A DNA stretch of 32,000 bases from an uncultured Ignisphaera sp. GTDB taxonomy: Archaea; Thermoproteota; Thermoprotei_A; Sulfolobales; Ignisphaeraceae. The stretch is from NCBI GenBank assembly GCA_938074605.1, contig CALJEI010000001.1, positions 198,896-230,895 on the forward strand. The letters are read 5' to 3'. Shown piece by piece: positions 17,761-25,836 of the stretch. The translations under genes were made by a program, and so were the position numbers. The notes below the pieces were generated by a model that did no database searches, was not told the origin of the DNA, and saw only the letters and a program-made list of their open reading frames with translations. Position 1 is the stretch's first letter. The number at the start of each line of letters is the position of its first letter.

Positions 17761-18654
17761 ATGGCGATATCTATGAAAATTTATAAATCAATAGCTATGT
17801 TTTTGTTGCTATGCATTCTATATGTGTTAGCTACTTCAAATATATATGCGCAGCAGTCAGTAGTGATAGATATAAGTGAAGATGGTGTAGTATCCGTAGA
17901 GATACACGAATATTTTGATGAGGGGCTACAGACAGTTAAGGTACCAGTAGAACCTATACCTGAAACCATTATAGCTATTGCTGATGGAGCACCAATTCCG
18001 GTGATGTATGAAAATTATACACTCTATTTAATTGTTCAAAAACCATCTTCTATTGAAATTTCGTATATTGCTAACACATCTATACTGGACAGTATATTCT
18101 ATCTAATGATAAAGACCAATACTACTATAACTTTGAGAATGCCTATAGTTAGTACGGTTCTTCTTACAGTTCCAAGAGAGATTATCAGTTATAAGAGGGA
18201 GGATGATATGCTTATACTTATAATAAGGGGCCCACAAGAGCTTAGATATACATTACGCCCACAGCAAATAACCCCACCACTTCTTACACAAACAACACCA
18301 ACAAATACCCAGACAACCCAACAGACCCCTCAGCCATCTACAGTACAGCCAAGCCATATATGGATACCTATAGCTATTCCTGCCATAGCTATAGCTACAG
18401 CTATTATCTACATGAAGAGGAGAGGGGGACAAAGAGAATTAGCTGAAATACTCAGCGATGTTGATATAGCCATAATTAAGATTCTGAACAGTAAAGGGGG
18501 TTCAGCCCTACAGACAGAGTTGCAAGATGAGATTAACATACCCAAAACCACTCTATGGAGACATATTAAAAAACTTGAGAAGCTGGGAATTCTTAAAATT
18601 GAGAAGGTGGGGCTTCAAAACAGGATTGTGTTAATCAAAAAGGTTAAGATATAG
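17761..18654 (+). CDS. membrane-anchored protein with extracellular domain, Pro/Thr/Gln linker, one TM helix and C-terminal cytoplasmic winged-helix DNA-binding domain
   Basis: It has an N-terminal signal/TM (IAMFLLLCILYVLATSNIYA) and a ~150-aa beta-rich region. These are followed by the linker TPPLLTQTTPTNTQTTQQTPQPSTVQPS, the TM IWIPIAIPAIAIATAIIYM, then SDVDIAIIKILNSKGGSALQTELQDEINIPKTTLWRHIKKLEKLGILK (MarR/ArsR-like wHTH). Confidence 0.65.
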   Translation: MAISMKIYKSIAMFLLLCILYVLATSNIYAQQSVVIDISEDGVVSVEIHEYFDEGLQTVKVPVEPIPETIIAIADGAPIPVMYENYTLYLIVQKPSSIEISYIANTSILDSIFYLMIKTNTTITLRMPIVSTVLLTVPREIISYKREDDMLILIIRGPQELRYTLRPQQITPPLLTQTTPTNTQTTQQTPQPSTVQPSHIWIPIAIPAIAIATAIIYMKRRGGQRELAEILSDVDIAIIKILNSKGGSALQTELQDEINIPKTTLWRHIKKLEKLGILKIEKVGLQNRIVLIKKVKI

Positions 18655-18696
18655 TCACACCATTTTTATCCCTGTGTCATTAACCTAGTTGTGTTG

Positions 18697-19479
18697 TCAT
18701 TTATTTGCATCTATACTTATGATACTATCTGCTATTTTAAGAAGAAGTTTAGCTGTACTATCATCTCCTTTTAAATAGTCAAAAAGCTTACCACTATTAA
18801 CTATTTGGGCTAATGTAGGATCTATGGGTATTTCTGCTATAATATTTGTATGCTCTATATTGGCTAAGCCAAAAAGTCTATGTATAGTGTTGCATATGGG
18901 ACATTTAAAGTAGGCCATGTTAACTACTATTCCAAGTAATGGAATATTTAGTTCCTTAAGAAAAGCTTCAGCTTTTGTAACAATATGTTTAACAAGGTCC
19001 CCAGGTGTTGTTACAAGGATTGCGCCTTTAATTCTATTCTTTAAATGCTGTGCAATTGTTAGGGGTTCGTCACCTGTACCAGGAGGCATATCTATAATAA
19101 GGTAATCTCTTTTACCTATCCTTGTCTTTGATAAAAGCTCTAAAATGGCACGTGTTTTTAATGGGCCACGCCATATTAGAGGCATATCTTTATTAGTTAA
19201 TAGAAGCTCTATTGAAATTATAGCAATATTCTCAATTTCAATAGGGATTATAAAGCCATCGCTATCAACAGTCATATGTTTTTCTTCAACGCCCATAATC
19301 CACGGTATGCTAGGACCATGGATATCAGCATCGAGAATAGCAACACTATAACCCCTTAACGCTAATCCAATAGTGAGTGAGCTAGCTATAAGGGATTTGC
19401 CTACACCACCCTTACCACTCATAACTATGATGATTTTATCTATATCTATTAAGAAATTCATTGAATCTACAAAGCTCAT
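18697..19479 (-). CDS. Mrp/NBP35 (ApbC) family Fe-S cluster carrier ATPase
   Basis: It has the deviant Walker A motif SGKGGVGKS, then ILDADIHGPSIP, DYLIIDMPPGTGDEPL and the CPICN Cys pair. Confidence 0.85.
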   Translation of the reverse strand: MSFVDSMNFLIDIDKIIIVMSGKGGVGKSLIASSLTIGLALRGYSVAILDADIHGPSIPWIMGVEEKHMTVDSDGFIIPIEIENIAIISIELLLTNKDMPLIWRGPLKTRAILELLSKTRIGKRDYLIIDMPPGTGDEPLTIAQHLKNRIKGAILVTTPGDLVKHIVTKAEAFLKELNIPLLGIVVNMAYFKCPICNTIHRLFGLANIEHTNIIAEIPIDPTLAQIVNSGKLFDYLKGDDSTAKLLLKIADSIISIDANK

Positions 19480-19650
19480 GTGATGTACACCTCTGAAAGC
19501 TAAATAAATCCACTACAGAATTATAAGTCTTAGTATAATGAACAATATAGGAAGTAGAATAATTGACTAGATAACAATACTGCAATTGAATTCATTATAG
19601 AGCTTTACACTACATATTATACCCACAATAGATGTTATACATGTGGTAAA

Positions 19651-20655
19651 ATGAATGTCTTCAAAAGCGATAGGATACTAAGTGGCGATATAACGGGTTT
19701 AAGGCTTGTTGAAAGTGGGCTAAAGAAAATAATAATGAGAATAGTTGATTCAATCACTATGGTGTTAGTGCCAAGGGATAGTGATACTGCATGTATAGAT
19801 GTTGCCAGAAATAATAGCTATCTAGATAGTGCAATGACGGGCTTTTATATAGATAGCAATATAGTTATAACAGCAATGCATTCAATACAAAATATAGATG
19901 ATGGGAGAATCTGTCTTCTGGATCTTGATGGCGATATATTTGAGGGCGAGATTATAGATGTAGATCCTAAATGGGATCTAATGTTTATACAGAGTAAGAC
20001 AGAACATAAACCTATTCCTTTAAGGGATGACATGGTCTTTATCGGAGATTTTGTTATAGCATGTGGTGCAGCCTATGGTCTCTTAAGACCATTTTTGTCA
20101 ATTGGTATTGTAAGTGGTTCTGAGGTAAAGGCTAATGTGGGGTATGGTTTAATTGAGGGTCTTTTGCTATTAAACCTACCCATATTAGTAGGAATGAGTG
20201 GAAGTCCTGTAGTAGATCTTAGTAGCTCTGTTATTGGTATGGTTATAGCGAAGGCGTTTGATGCAAATGAATTTTCTCTTGCTGTACCATCTACTAGGAT
20301 ACTATATAGCTATAGGATTCTTAAAAAATATGGTAAGGTGGCGCATATAGTACTTGGAATTAATGTACTTGCATTAAGAAGTATAATAGCTCATTTTGGG
20401 CTTCAATACGGTCTTGTAATCTCTAGAATTCTAAATCCTACTATATCTAAAATCTGTAGATTTAGTGATGGCGATATTCTGTTGTCTATAAATGATAAAA
20501 AAATGTATACAATAGAGGATCTTAGGCTAGCTCTAGATGAAGCCCTTCTAAATAATAGCCCTCTTACAATAGAGTATTTTAATAGAGTGGATAGAAAACT
20601 CTATTCATGTACTATAGACGAGCTAGCTATGTTCATCAGCCCTAGACTCTTCTAG
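19651..20655 (+). CDS. HtrA/DegP-like trypsin-fold serine protease with C-terminal PDZ domain
   Basis: Triad contexts are ITAMHSI (His), WDLMFIQ (Asp) and VGMSGSPVVD (Ser). It has a PDZ-like C-terminus (GDILLSINDKKMYTIEDLRLAL). No obvious signal peptide. Confidence 0.75.
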   Translation: MNVFKSDRILSGDITGLRLVESGLKKIIMRIVDSITMVLVPRDSDTACIDVARNNSYLDSAMTGFYIDSNIVITAMHSIQNIDDGRICLLDLDGDIFEGEIIDVDPKWDLMFIQSKTEHKPIPLRDDMVFIGDFVIACGAAYGLLRPFLSIGIVSGSEVKANVGYGLIEGLLLLNLPILVGMSGSPVVDLSSSVIGMVIAKAFDANEFSLAVPSTRILYSYRILKKYGKVAHIVLGINVLALRSIIAHFGLQYGLVISRILNPTISKICRFSDGDILLSINDKKMYTIEDLRLALDEALLNNSPLTIEYFNRVDRKLYSCTIDELAMFISPRLF

Positions 20656-21327
20656 TGGTTCAGAAACCTCCCTTATCATAGGCCTTCCCTCACGCTCCCT
20701 TTCAATCTCACTACGCGTCTTAGTTTCACGAACTTTAAATATAACCTCGCTATCCTGTGGCGCAACTATGTCCTTCTCCTCATAGATATACCTACCCCCC
20801 TCAATACTTTTATAGAGATATACAACATACTTCCCCTCGGGAACCTCAACGTATGCAAGACCATTAGAGTCAGTCTTTGTAGATGAGACGACACGTCCAT
20901 CAGATTCTACAACAACTAGAGCATCTGATAGAGGCTTCTCTTCAAATAAGACCTTAATTCTAAGGCCATAGTACTTCACCTCTTTTATACAGAGCTGCAT
21001 ATTTCTTGATGTAAAAAAGCTATTCGTTTTAGATGCTAATTCTAAGACAAGCTTCTTTACATCGTCGGATATAGCTCTATCAAGTAGAACAGCCCTATAG
21101 ACCTTTGAAAAAGTATCGCAATACTCTTCATATCTATCTTGATCAAATCTGGATGTAAGGGGAATTAGCTTATCTCTAACAATTTCAAATTGTTTAAATA
21201 CTTGAATTGGAAATTTAATTAAATAGACGTTGAATACCTTTGTGAGAAAGTCGTGGACTTCATCTGATAGACTTTTTTGAATACTAGCCTCACTTCTCTT
21301 AAAAGTCTTCCAATCCTCTAGCTGCAT
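20623..21327 (-). CDS. hypothetical protein with C-terminal carboxypeptidase-regulatory-like beta-sandwich domain
   Basis: VVVESDGRVVSSTKTDSNGLAYVEVPEGKYVVYLYK is the CarboxypepD_reg-type pattern. The N-terminal half looks helical. The track start at 21333 is TTG, and the ATG at 21327 is preferred. Confidence 0.5.
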   Translation of the reverse strand: MQLEDWKTFKRSEASIQKSLSDEVHDFLTKVFNVYLIKFPIQVFKQFEIVRDKLIPLTSRFDQDRYEEYCDTFSKVYRAVLLDRAISDDVKKLVLELASKTNSFFTSRNMQLCIKEVKYYGLRIKVLFEEKPLSDALVVVESDGRVVSSTKTDSNGLAYVEVPEGKYVVYLYKSIEGGRYIYEEKDIVAPQDSEVIFKVRETKTRSEIEREREGRPMIREVSEPLEESRADEHS

Positions 21328-21453
21328 GACCAATCTCCTGTTAATTTGGCTAGCACTATTCTTAGACTGTAGACTTAAATAGCTTATCTACCTATATAGA
21401 GCTATAGGGCAGTTACCCAACTATTACCATATTTAGTTTGGGTAGCATCACCT

Positions 21454-21858
21454 ATGAGGTATACAGCTCTAGATCTCCTTGCCTGTCCCATATGTAGGCA
21501 TTTCCCTCTAAAACTCTATGTATTTGAAGAGAGGACTCTGGTAAGCTTTAATGTTTCTGAAAAGCCTTTATGCAGTATTTTTTGTGGGTTTTATGGTAAA
21601 CATATCAGCGACATTAATAAAAATTTGATTGATTGTAATTCATGTCTTTCTAAAGATGTTGTATGGGGGATTATTGTCTGTGAAAAGTGTTGGAGGTGGT
21701 ATCCTATTGTAGGAGGTATAGCTCTTATGTATCCAGATGATCTCAGACTACATACAAGAGTTAAAGTAATTGAGAAGCTGTTTATAAAAAGGTATAGAGA
21801 TAGAATGCCAAGGGACATTGTAGCTAATGATCCCTTAAAGCTCTTAAGAGAAATATAG
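21454..21858 (+). CDS. trm112: Trm112-like zinc-knuckle methyltransferase activator (long form, 134 aa)
   Basis: The N-terminal half-motif LDLLACPICRHFPLKL and C-terminal half-motif GIIVCEKCWRWYPIVGGIALMYPDD match the split Trm112 fold. A ~50-aa Cys-containing insert lies between them (CSIFC...CNSC). Confidence 0.6.
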   Translation: MRYTALDLLACPICRHFPLKLYVFEERTLVSFNVSEKPLCSIFCGFYGKHISDINKNLIDCNSCLSKDVVWGIIVCEKCWRWYPIVGGIALMYPDDLRLHTRVKVIEKLFIKRYRDRMPRDIVANDPLKLLREI

Positions 21859-21903
21859 CATACCTTCTTAAAGTGGTAGTAAGAGCGCTATAGCGGTTTT
21901 ACT

Positions 21904-23358
21904 ATGCAGAGCTTTACTAAAATGTTGATGAGGGTTAAGAGACCTACGAGAATGCTATCAGGCATTACTATAGTAGCTGTTATGACAAAGCCTTATCCAT
22001 GTCCCCATGGGAGGTGTATCTACTGTCCAGGTGGACCTGAATTTGGTACACCACAGAGTTATATAGGTAATGAACCTGCTTTGATGAGGGGTATTCAAAC
22101 AAATTTTGATCCATATGAACAGGTTCGCTTAAGACTGAAACAATATGAGGCGCTTGGTCACATACCAAGTAAGGTTGAAGTGATTATTATGGGTGGAACA
22201 TTTACAGCAATGCCTACTGACTACCAAATATGGTTTGTTACAAATATATTTGAAGCATTTAATAGATATCCAGATTTAAGACCAGCCTCACTACCATCTC
22301 TTGAGGAAGCACATTTAAGAAATGAAACTGCTAAAATAAGAGTTGTTGGATTGACTATTGAGACAAGACCTGATTGGGCTAAGGAGAAGCAGATAGATTT
22401 TATGCTCTATCTAGGGGCTACTAAGGTTGAGCTAGGTGTACAGAGTATATATGATGATGTTCTAAAGTTTGTTGCAAGAGGCCATACTATAGAGGATGTA
22501 GTTGAATCAACAAGGCTTCTAAAAGATGCAGGATATAAGGTGGTATACCACATTATGCCAGGGCTACCCAAATCTGACCACAATAGAGATATCGCAATGA
22601 TTAGAGAGATTTTTGAAAATCCTGACTATAGACCAGATATGCTGAAGATATATCCAGTAGTAGTTGTAGAGGGGACAAAACTATATGATATATGGAGAGC
22701 AGGTGGATACATTGCTTTAACTGATGATGTTGCAGTTGAATTGATATCAGAATTCTATAGATATATACCAAGGTGGGTTAGAGTTATGAGGATACAGAGG
22801 GATATACCTGCACAGCTAATTATTGCTGGTCCTAAAAAGGCAAATCTCCGTGAACTTATTGAGAAGAAAGCTATTGAAAAAGGTATAGAGATTAATGAAA
22901 TAAGGTATAGAGAGGTTGGAAGACAGTTTTTATATAGGGGTAGGAAACCAGGCTGTATTTCAATAACAAGGGAATATTACGAGGCAAGTAAAGGTATTGA
23001 GATATTCCTAGCAATAGAGGATACCGATAATAATATTGTAATAGGTCTACTTAGACTTAGGATTCCCTCAGAGAAAGCCCATAGAAAGGAGATTAACAAT
23101 AGAATAGCTCTAGTTAGGGAACTCCATATATATGGTCCACAGGTTCCTATAAACATCCACATTGATGATGCATGGCAGCATAAAGGTTGGGGGGCAAAAT
23201 TACTAGAAGTAGCTGAGGAAATAGCTAGATATGAGTTTAACTGCAATAAAATATATGTACTATCAGGTGTTGGTGTTCGTGAATACTATAGAAAGTTAGG
23301 CTATAAAAGACTCAATGAAACACCATATATGGTTAAAGAGCTAACAGACAAAGTCTAG
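21904..23358 (+). CDS. elp3: Elp3-type tRNA uridine(34) carboxymethyl-forming radical SAM / acetyltransferase
   Basis: It has the radical-SAM cluster motif CPHGRCIYCPGG, a TIM-barrel region (VIIMGGTFT, ETRPD) and a C-terminal GNAT block (WQHKGWGAKLLEVAEEIA). Confidence 0.9.
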   Translation: MQSFTKMLMRVKRPTRMLSGITIVAVMTKPYPCPHGRCIYCPGGPEFGTPQSYIGNEPALMRGIQTNFDPYEQVRLRLKQYEALGHIPSKVEVIIMGGTFTAMPTDYQIWFVTNIFEAFNRYPDLRPASLPSLEEAHLRNETAKIRVVGLTIETRPDWAKEKQIDFMLYLGATKVELGVQSIYDDVLKFVARGHTIEDVVESTRLLKDAGYKVVYHIMPGLPKSDHNRDIAMIREIFENPDYRPDMLKIYPVVVVEGTKLYDIWRAGGYIALTDDVAVELISEFYRYIPRWVRVMRIQRDIPAQLIIAGPKKANLRELIEKKAIEKGIEINEIRYREVGRQFLYRGRKPGCISITREYYEASKGIEIFLAIEDTDNNIVIGLLRLRIPSEKAHRKEINNRIALVRELHIYGPQVPINIHIDDAWQHKGWGAKLLEVAEEIARYEFNCNKIYVLSGVGVREYYRKLGYKRLNETPYMVKELTDKV

Positions 23359-23424
23359 GGCCAAAAATAGGTGTTAAAAATTAAAGGAATGCTATGCCTA
23401 TGATACATCCACTTGGTAGTGATT

Positions 23425-24150
23425 ATGATAAAACCCATTATAATGCTGTTGAGGAAAGTGAATAGTAGGGAAAAGGTTATACATAATCTTGAAGTGTATG
23501 AGGAGATAGCCAATACATTCTCCAGCCTTAGATCAAGACCTTGGCCTATAGCTAGAAGTGTTAAGGGTGGTGTAATTTTAGACTTGGGTTCAGGCCCTTG
23601 TACTAATGGAATTTATGCTTTTAAGTATAGAAGAGGAAAATATGTTGTTTGTCTAGATATATCATTTTCAATGGCTGTAATGAGTAGGAGAAATATTGTT
23701 AAAAATGGTGTGTTGGGGGATGCTATTGCGGCTGATATGCTTTTCCTTCCTCTTAGAGATTCTGCAGTAGACTCTATACTATTTATAGCTTCACTACATC
23801 ACATACCTAGAGAGTATAGCTTAAAGGTTTTAAAGGAGATACGTCGTGTAGCTAAACAGTTTAGCATTATAGTTATTACCGTATGGTCTTGGAGACAGTT
23901 AAGATTTGTAGTATATACTTTTAGAAATATCTTATTCTACATCTTTAGATTAGTGAAGAGTGTAAGGGAATACTATATACCATGGAGAAAGATAAAAAGA
24001 ATCTATTGGAGATACTACTATCTTTATTCACTAAACGAACTTATAAACGGTATTACAAGATCTGGGCTAAAAATTTTAAGTAGTGGATATATAGGGTATC
24101 GAAGAAATAGAAGCGACAATATATACATTGCTGTAACACCAATACAATAG
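23425..24150 (+). CDS. trm9: Trm9-like class I SAM-dependent tRNA methyltransferase
   Basis: VYEEIANTFSSLRSRPWPIA parallels yeast Trm9 VYNEIAPHFSQTRYKPWPIV. It has the SAM motif ILDLGSGPCTNG, then FIASLHHIP and VWSWRQ (compare AVVHHW and CWALEQ). The track start at 23413 is TTG. The ATG at 23425 is preferred but uncertain. Confidence 0.7.
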   Translation: MIKPIIMLLRKVNSREKVIHNLEVYEEIANTFSSLRSRPWPIARSVKGGVILDLGSGPCTNGIYAFKYRRGKYVVCLDISFSMAVMSRRNIVKNGVLGDAIAADMLFLPLRDSAVDSILFIASLHHIPREYSLKVLKEIRRVAKQFSIIVITVWSWRQLRFVVYTFRNILFYIFRLVKSVREYYIPWRKIKRIYWRYYYLYSLNELINGITRSGLKILSSGYIGYRRNRSDNIYIAVTPIQ

Positions 24151-24244
24151 GGGTTTAACCTTGGTATTATCTATACAGCTTATTTTCTAGATACTATAAA
24201 TTTTTATACCTGTAGAAAAAATACATGTATACGGTGTTACGGTT

Positions 24245-24946
24245 ATGAGTGCTGATAAGTTTAAGAAGGAGTTTGAAGAGTTTTTGAATGAATTGAGGAA
24301 TAGGATTAGAAATCTTGCTGCAGATGTTGAAAAACTACTGGATAGTGGTAATGTTAGGGAGGCACATAGGGTTTGGAGGGAGAAATCAAGAGAGATTGTT
24401 AGTGAATTGAAGGAATATATCGAGAGGCTTGAGAAAATGAGTGAGGATATTGATGAGAAGACTATGAAGGAGATTGTTGATGAGTTTAAAGATAAAGTTA
24501 ATGAGGCTATAAAAGAAGTCTCTAGTGTTTTCAGTGATATTATGAAAAGGTTTAAGAAGACTGATGTTGGCTTGATAATGCCATTCCCTTTCTGTAGAGT
24601 TTCTAAGGTGTTTATGAGATCATTTGATGATATATTTAATTCTATGGCAGAAATCTTTAGAAGCATTGAAGAAGCTGTAGAGGAGAGTTTAGAGGATGTA
24701 GCTAGGGGTAGATTAAGTAATGTTATATCTGCTAGAATTGGGAAAAAAGAGTTAGAGTTGATTGATCAACTTGTTGATGCTGGTGTATTTAGAAGTAGAA
24801 GTGAAGCTATAGCATATTTTGTTAGAAGAGGTGTAGAGTCTAGTAGGGAGTGGATAGAGAAGACATTGGAGAAGATAAAAAAGATTAAAGAACTTCAAGA
24901 GTCTATAAGAAAAGAGTTAGAGGATCTCGATAAAAACAATAAATAG
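24245..24946 (+). CDS. coiled-coil protein with C-terminal ribbon-helix-helix domain
   Basis: 233 aa. A long Glu/Lys-rich helical N-terminal region is followed by VISARIGKKELELIDQLVDAGVFRSRSEAIAYFVRRGVE (RHH pattern). A TATA-like tataaatttttata lies ~25-40 nt upstream. Confidence 0.6.
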   Translation: MSADKFKKEFEEFLNELRNRIRNLAADVEKLLDSGNVREAHRVWREKSREIVSELKEYIERLEKMSEDIDEKTMKEIVDEFKDKVNEAIKEVSSVFSDIMKRFKKTDVGLIMPFPFCRVSKVFMRSFDDIFNSMAEIFRSIEEAVEESLEDVARGRLSNVISARIGKKELELIDQLVDAGVFRSRSEAIAYFVRRGVESSREWIEKTLEKIKKIKELQESIRKELEDLDKNNK

Positions 24947-24950
24947 AGTG

Positions 24951-25460
24951 TTATAGCCTTCTCCTCAGCTGATTATAGACACCAACTATACCCACTATAG
25001 CTACAATTATAAGAGCTACTGTATGGTGTAGCCCAAGTATAGTAATGCTCTTATAAATTAGAGAAGCACCTGTTGCAACAAACAATATTGCAAGTAGATA
25101 ACTACTTAATACATAGATTATTACAGCCAGTATCACTGTCATCAACAGAATGAGTATAGCCTCCCTAACAAGTATTGTTGCAAGTGTATAGCCAAATATT
25201 ATTGATAGAACAACCCTAAATAGGGTAAAGCCAATAATAAACCCTATCAAAATAGCTATCAATGCAAATAATATAGATAATGCTACACTATGAAATACCC
25301 TATATGTGAAAATGTAAGCTGTATAGCCCATTATAGCTCCAAAGGCTAGTGATGATATAAATCTAGCTAGTTGTACACCCCAGAGACACATAGCCAATCC
25401 TATAACAGTGGCTATAATATATGCAGGAACATCAATTCCATTAATACCGATTTGAGGCAA
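24951..25460 (-). CDS. integral membrane protein (about 5 TM helices), function unknown
   Basis: 169 aa, hydrophobic almost throughout. The TTG start at 25460 is needed to include the first TM, since the first in-frame ATG is residue 24. Confidence 0.55.
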   Translation of the reverse strand: MPQIGINGIDVPAYIIATVIGLAMCLWGVQLARFISSLAFGAIMGYTAYIFTYRVFHSVALSILFALIAILIGFIIGFTLFRVVLSIIFGYTLATILVREAILILLMTVILAVIIYVLSSYLLAILFVATGASLIYKSITILGLHHTVALIIVAIVGIVGVYNQLRRRL

Positions 25461-25540
25461 GCACCATCCCAGAGGGAAAGCATGTTGTTCTATCCTTATT
25501 TTCTATAGAAAATGTTTATAAATTTTGCAAATTTTAATCT

Positions 25541-25560
25541 ATTACCTAAGGTTAGGTAAT
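25541..25560. promoter_or_regulatory. 9-bp-arm inverted repeat (attacctaa gg ttaggtaat)
   Basis: The arms are perfect 9-nt reverse complements separated by gg. The site lies 81-100 nt upstream of the start of the 24951-25460 gene and downstream of the surface-protein operon. Confidence 0.3.
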
Positions 25561-25836
25561 AATAGAACTGTTTTTTATTTATCTTTGTATTCTTTTTGTT
25601 GCTGTTAGATAATTTTAATTGCATAAAAACCCCCAAATATCTAATATCACCTATTAGTATCTTTAAGACTTTTTAATCTATAGAGATCTTATTTACTCTT
25701 AGGACTATATCTAAATGAAGAGGCTATCCTCAAGTAGAGAACTATAGACTTCTTCAGCTCCCAAAGATATGAAGCTACAAATAAATAATATATACTCTAT
25801 GAATGTTTTGTAACTGAATTTGAGGAGGTTTCTCTT

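Noticed and set aside
24187-24666. 159-aa minus-strand ORF overlapping the 24245-24946 gene
   Set aside because: Its product is a Ser/Leu/Ile-rich mirror of the Glu/Lys-rich coiled coil on the plus strand. The plus-strand frame carries a recognisable RHH domain and a TATA-like element at the right distance.
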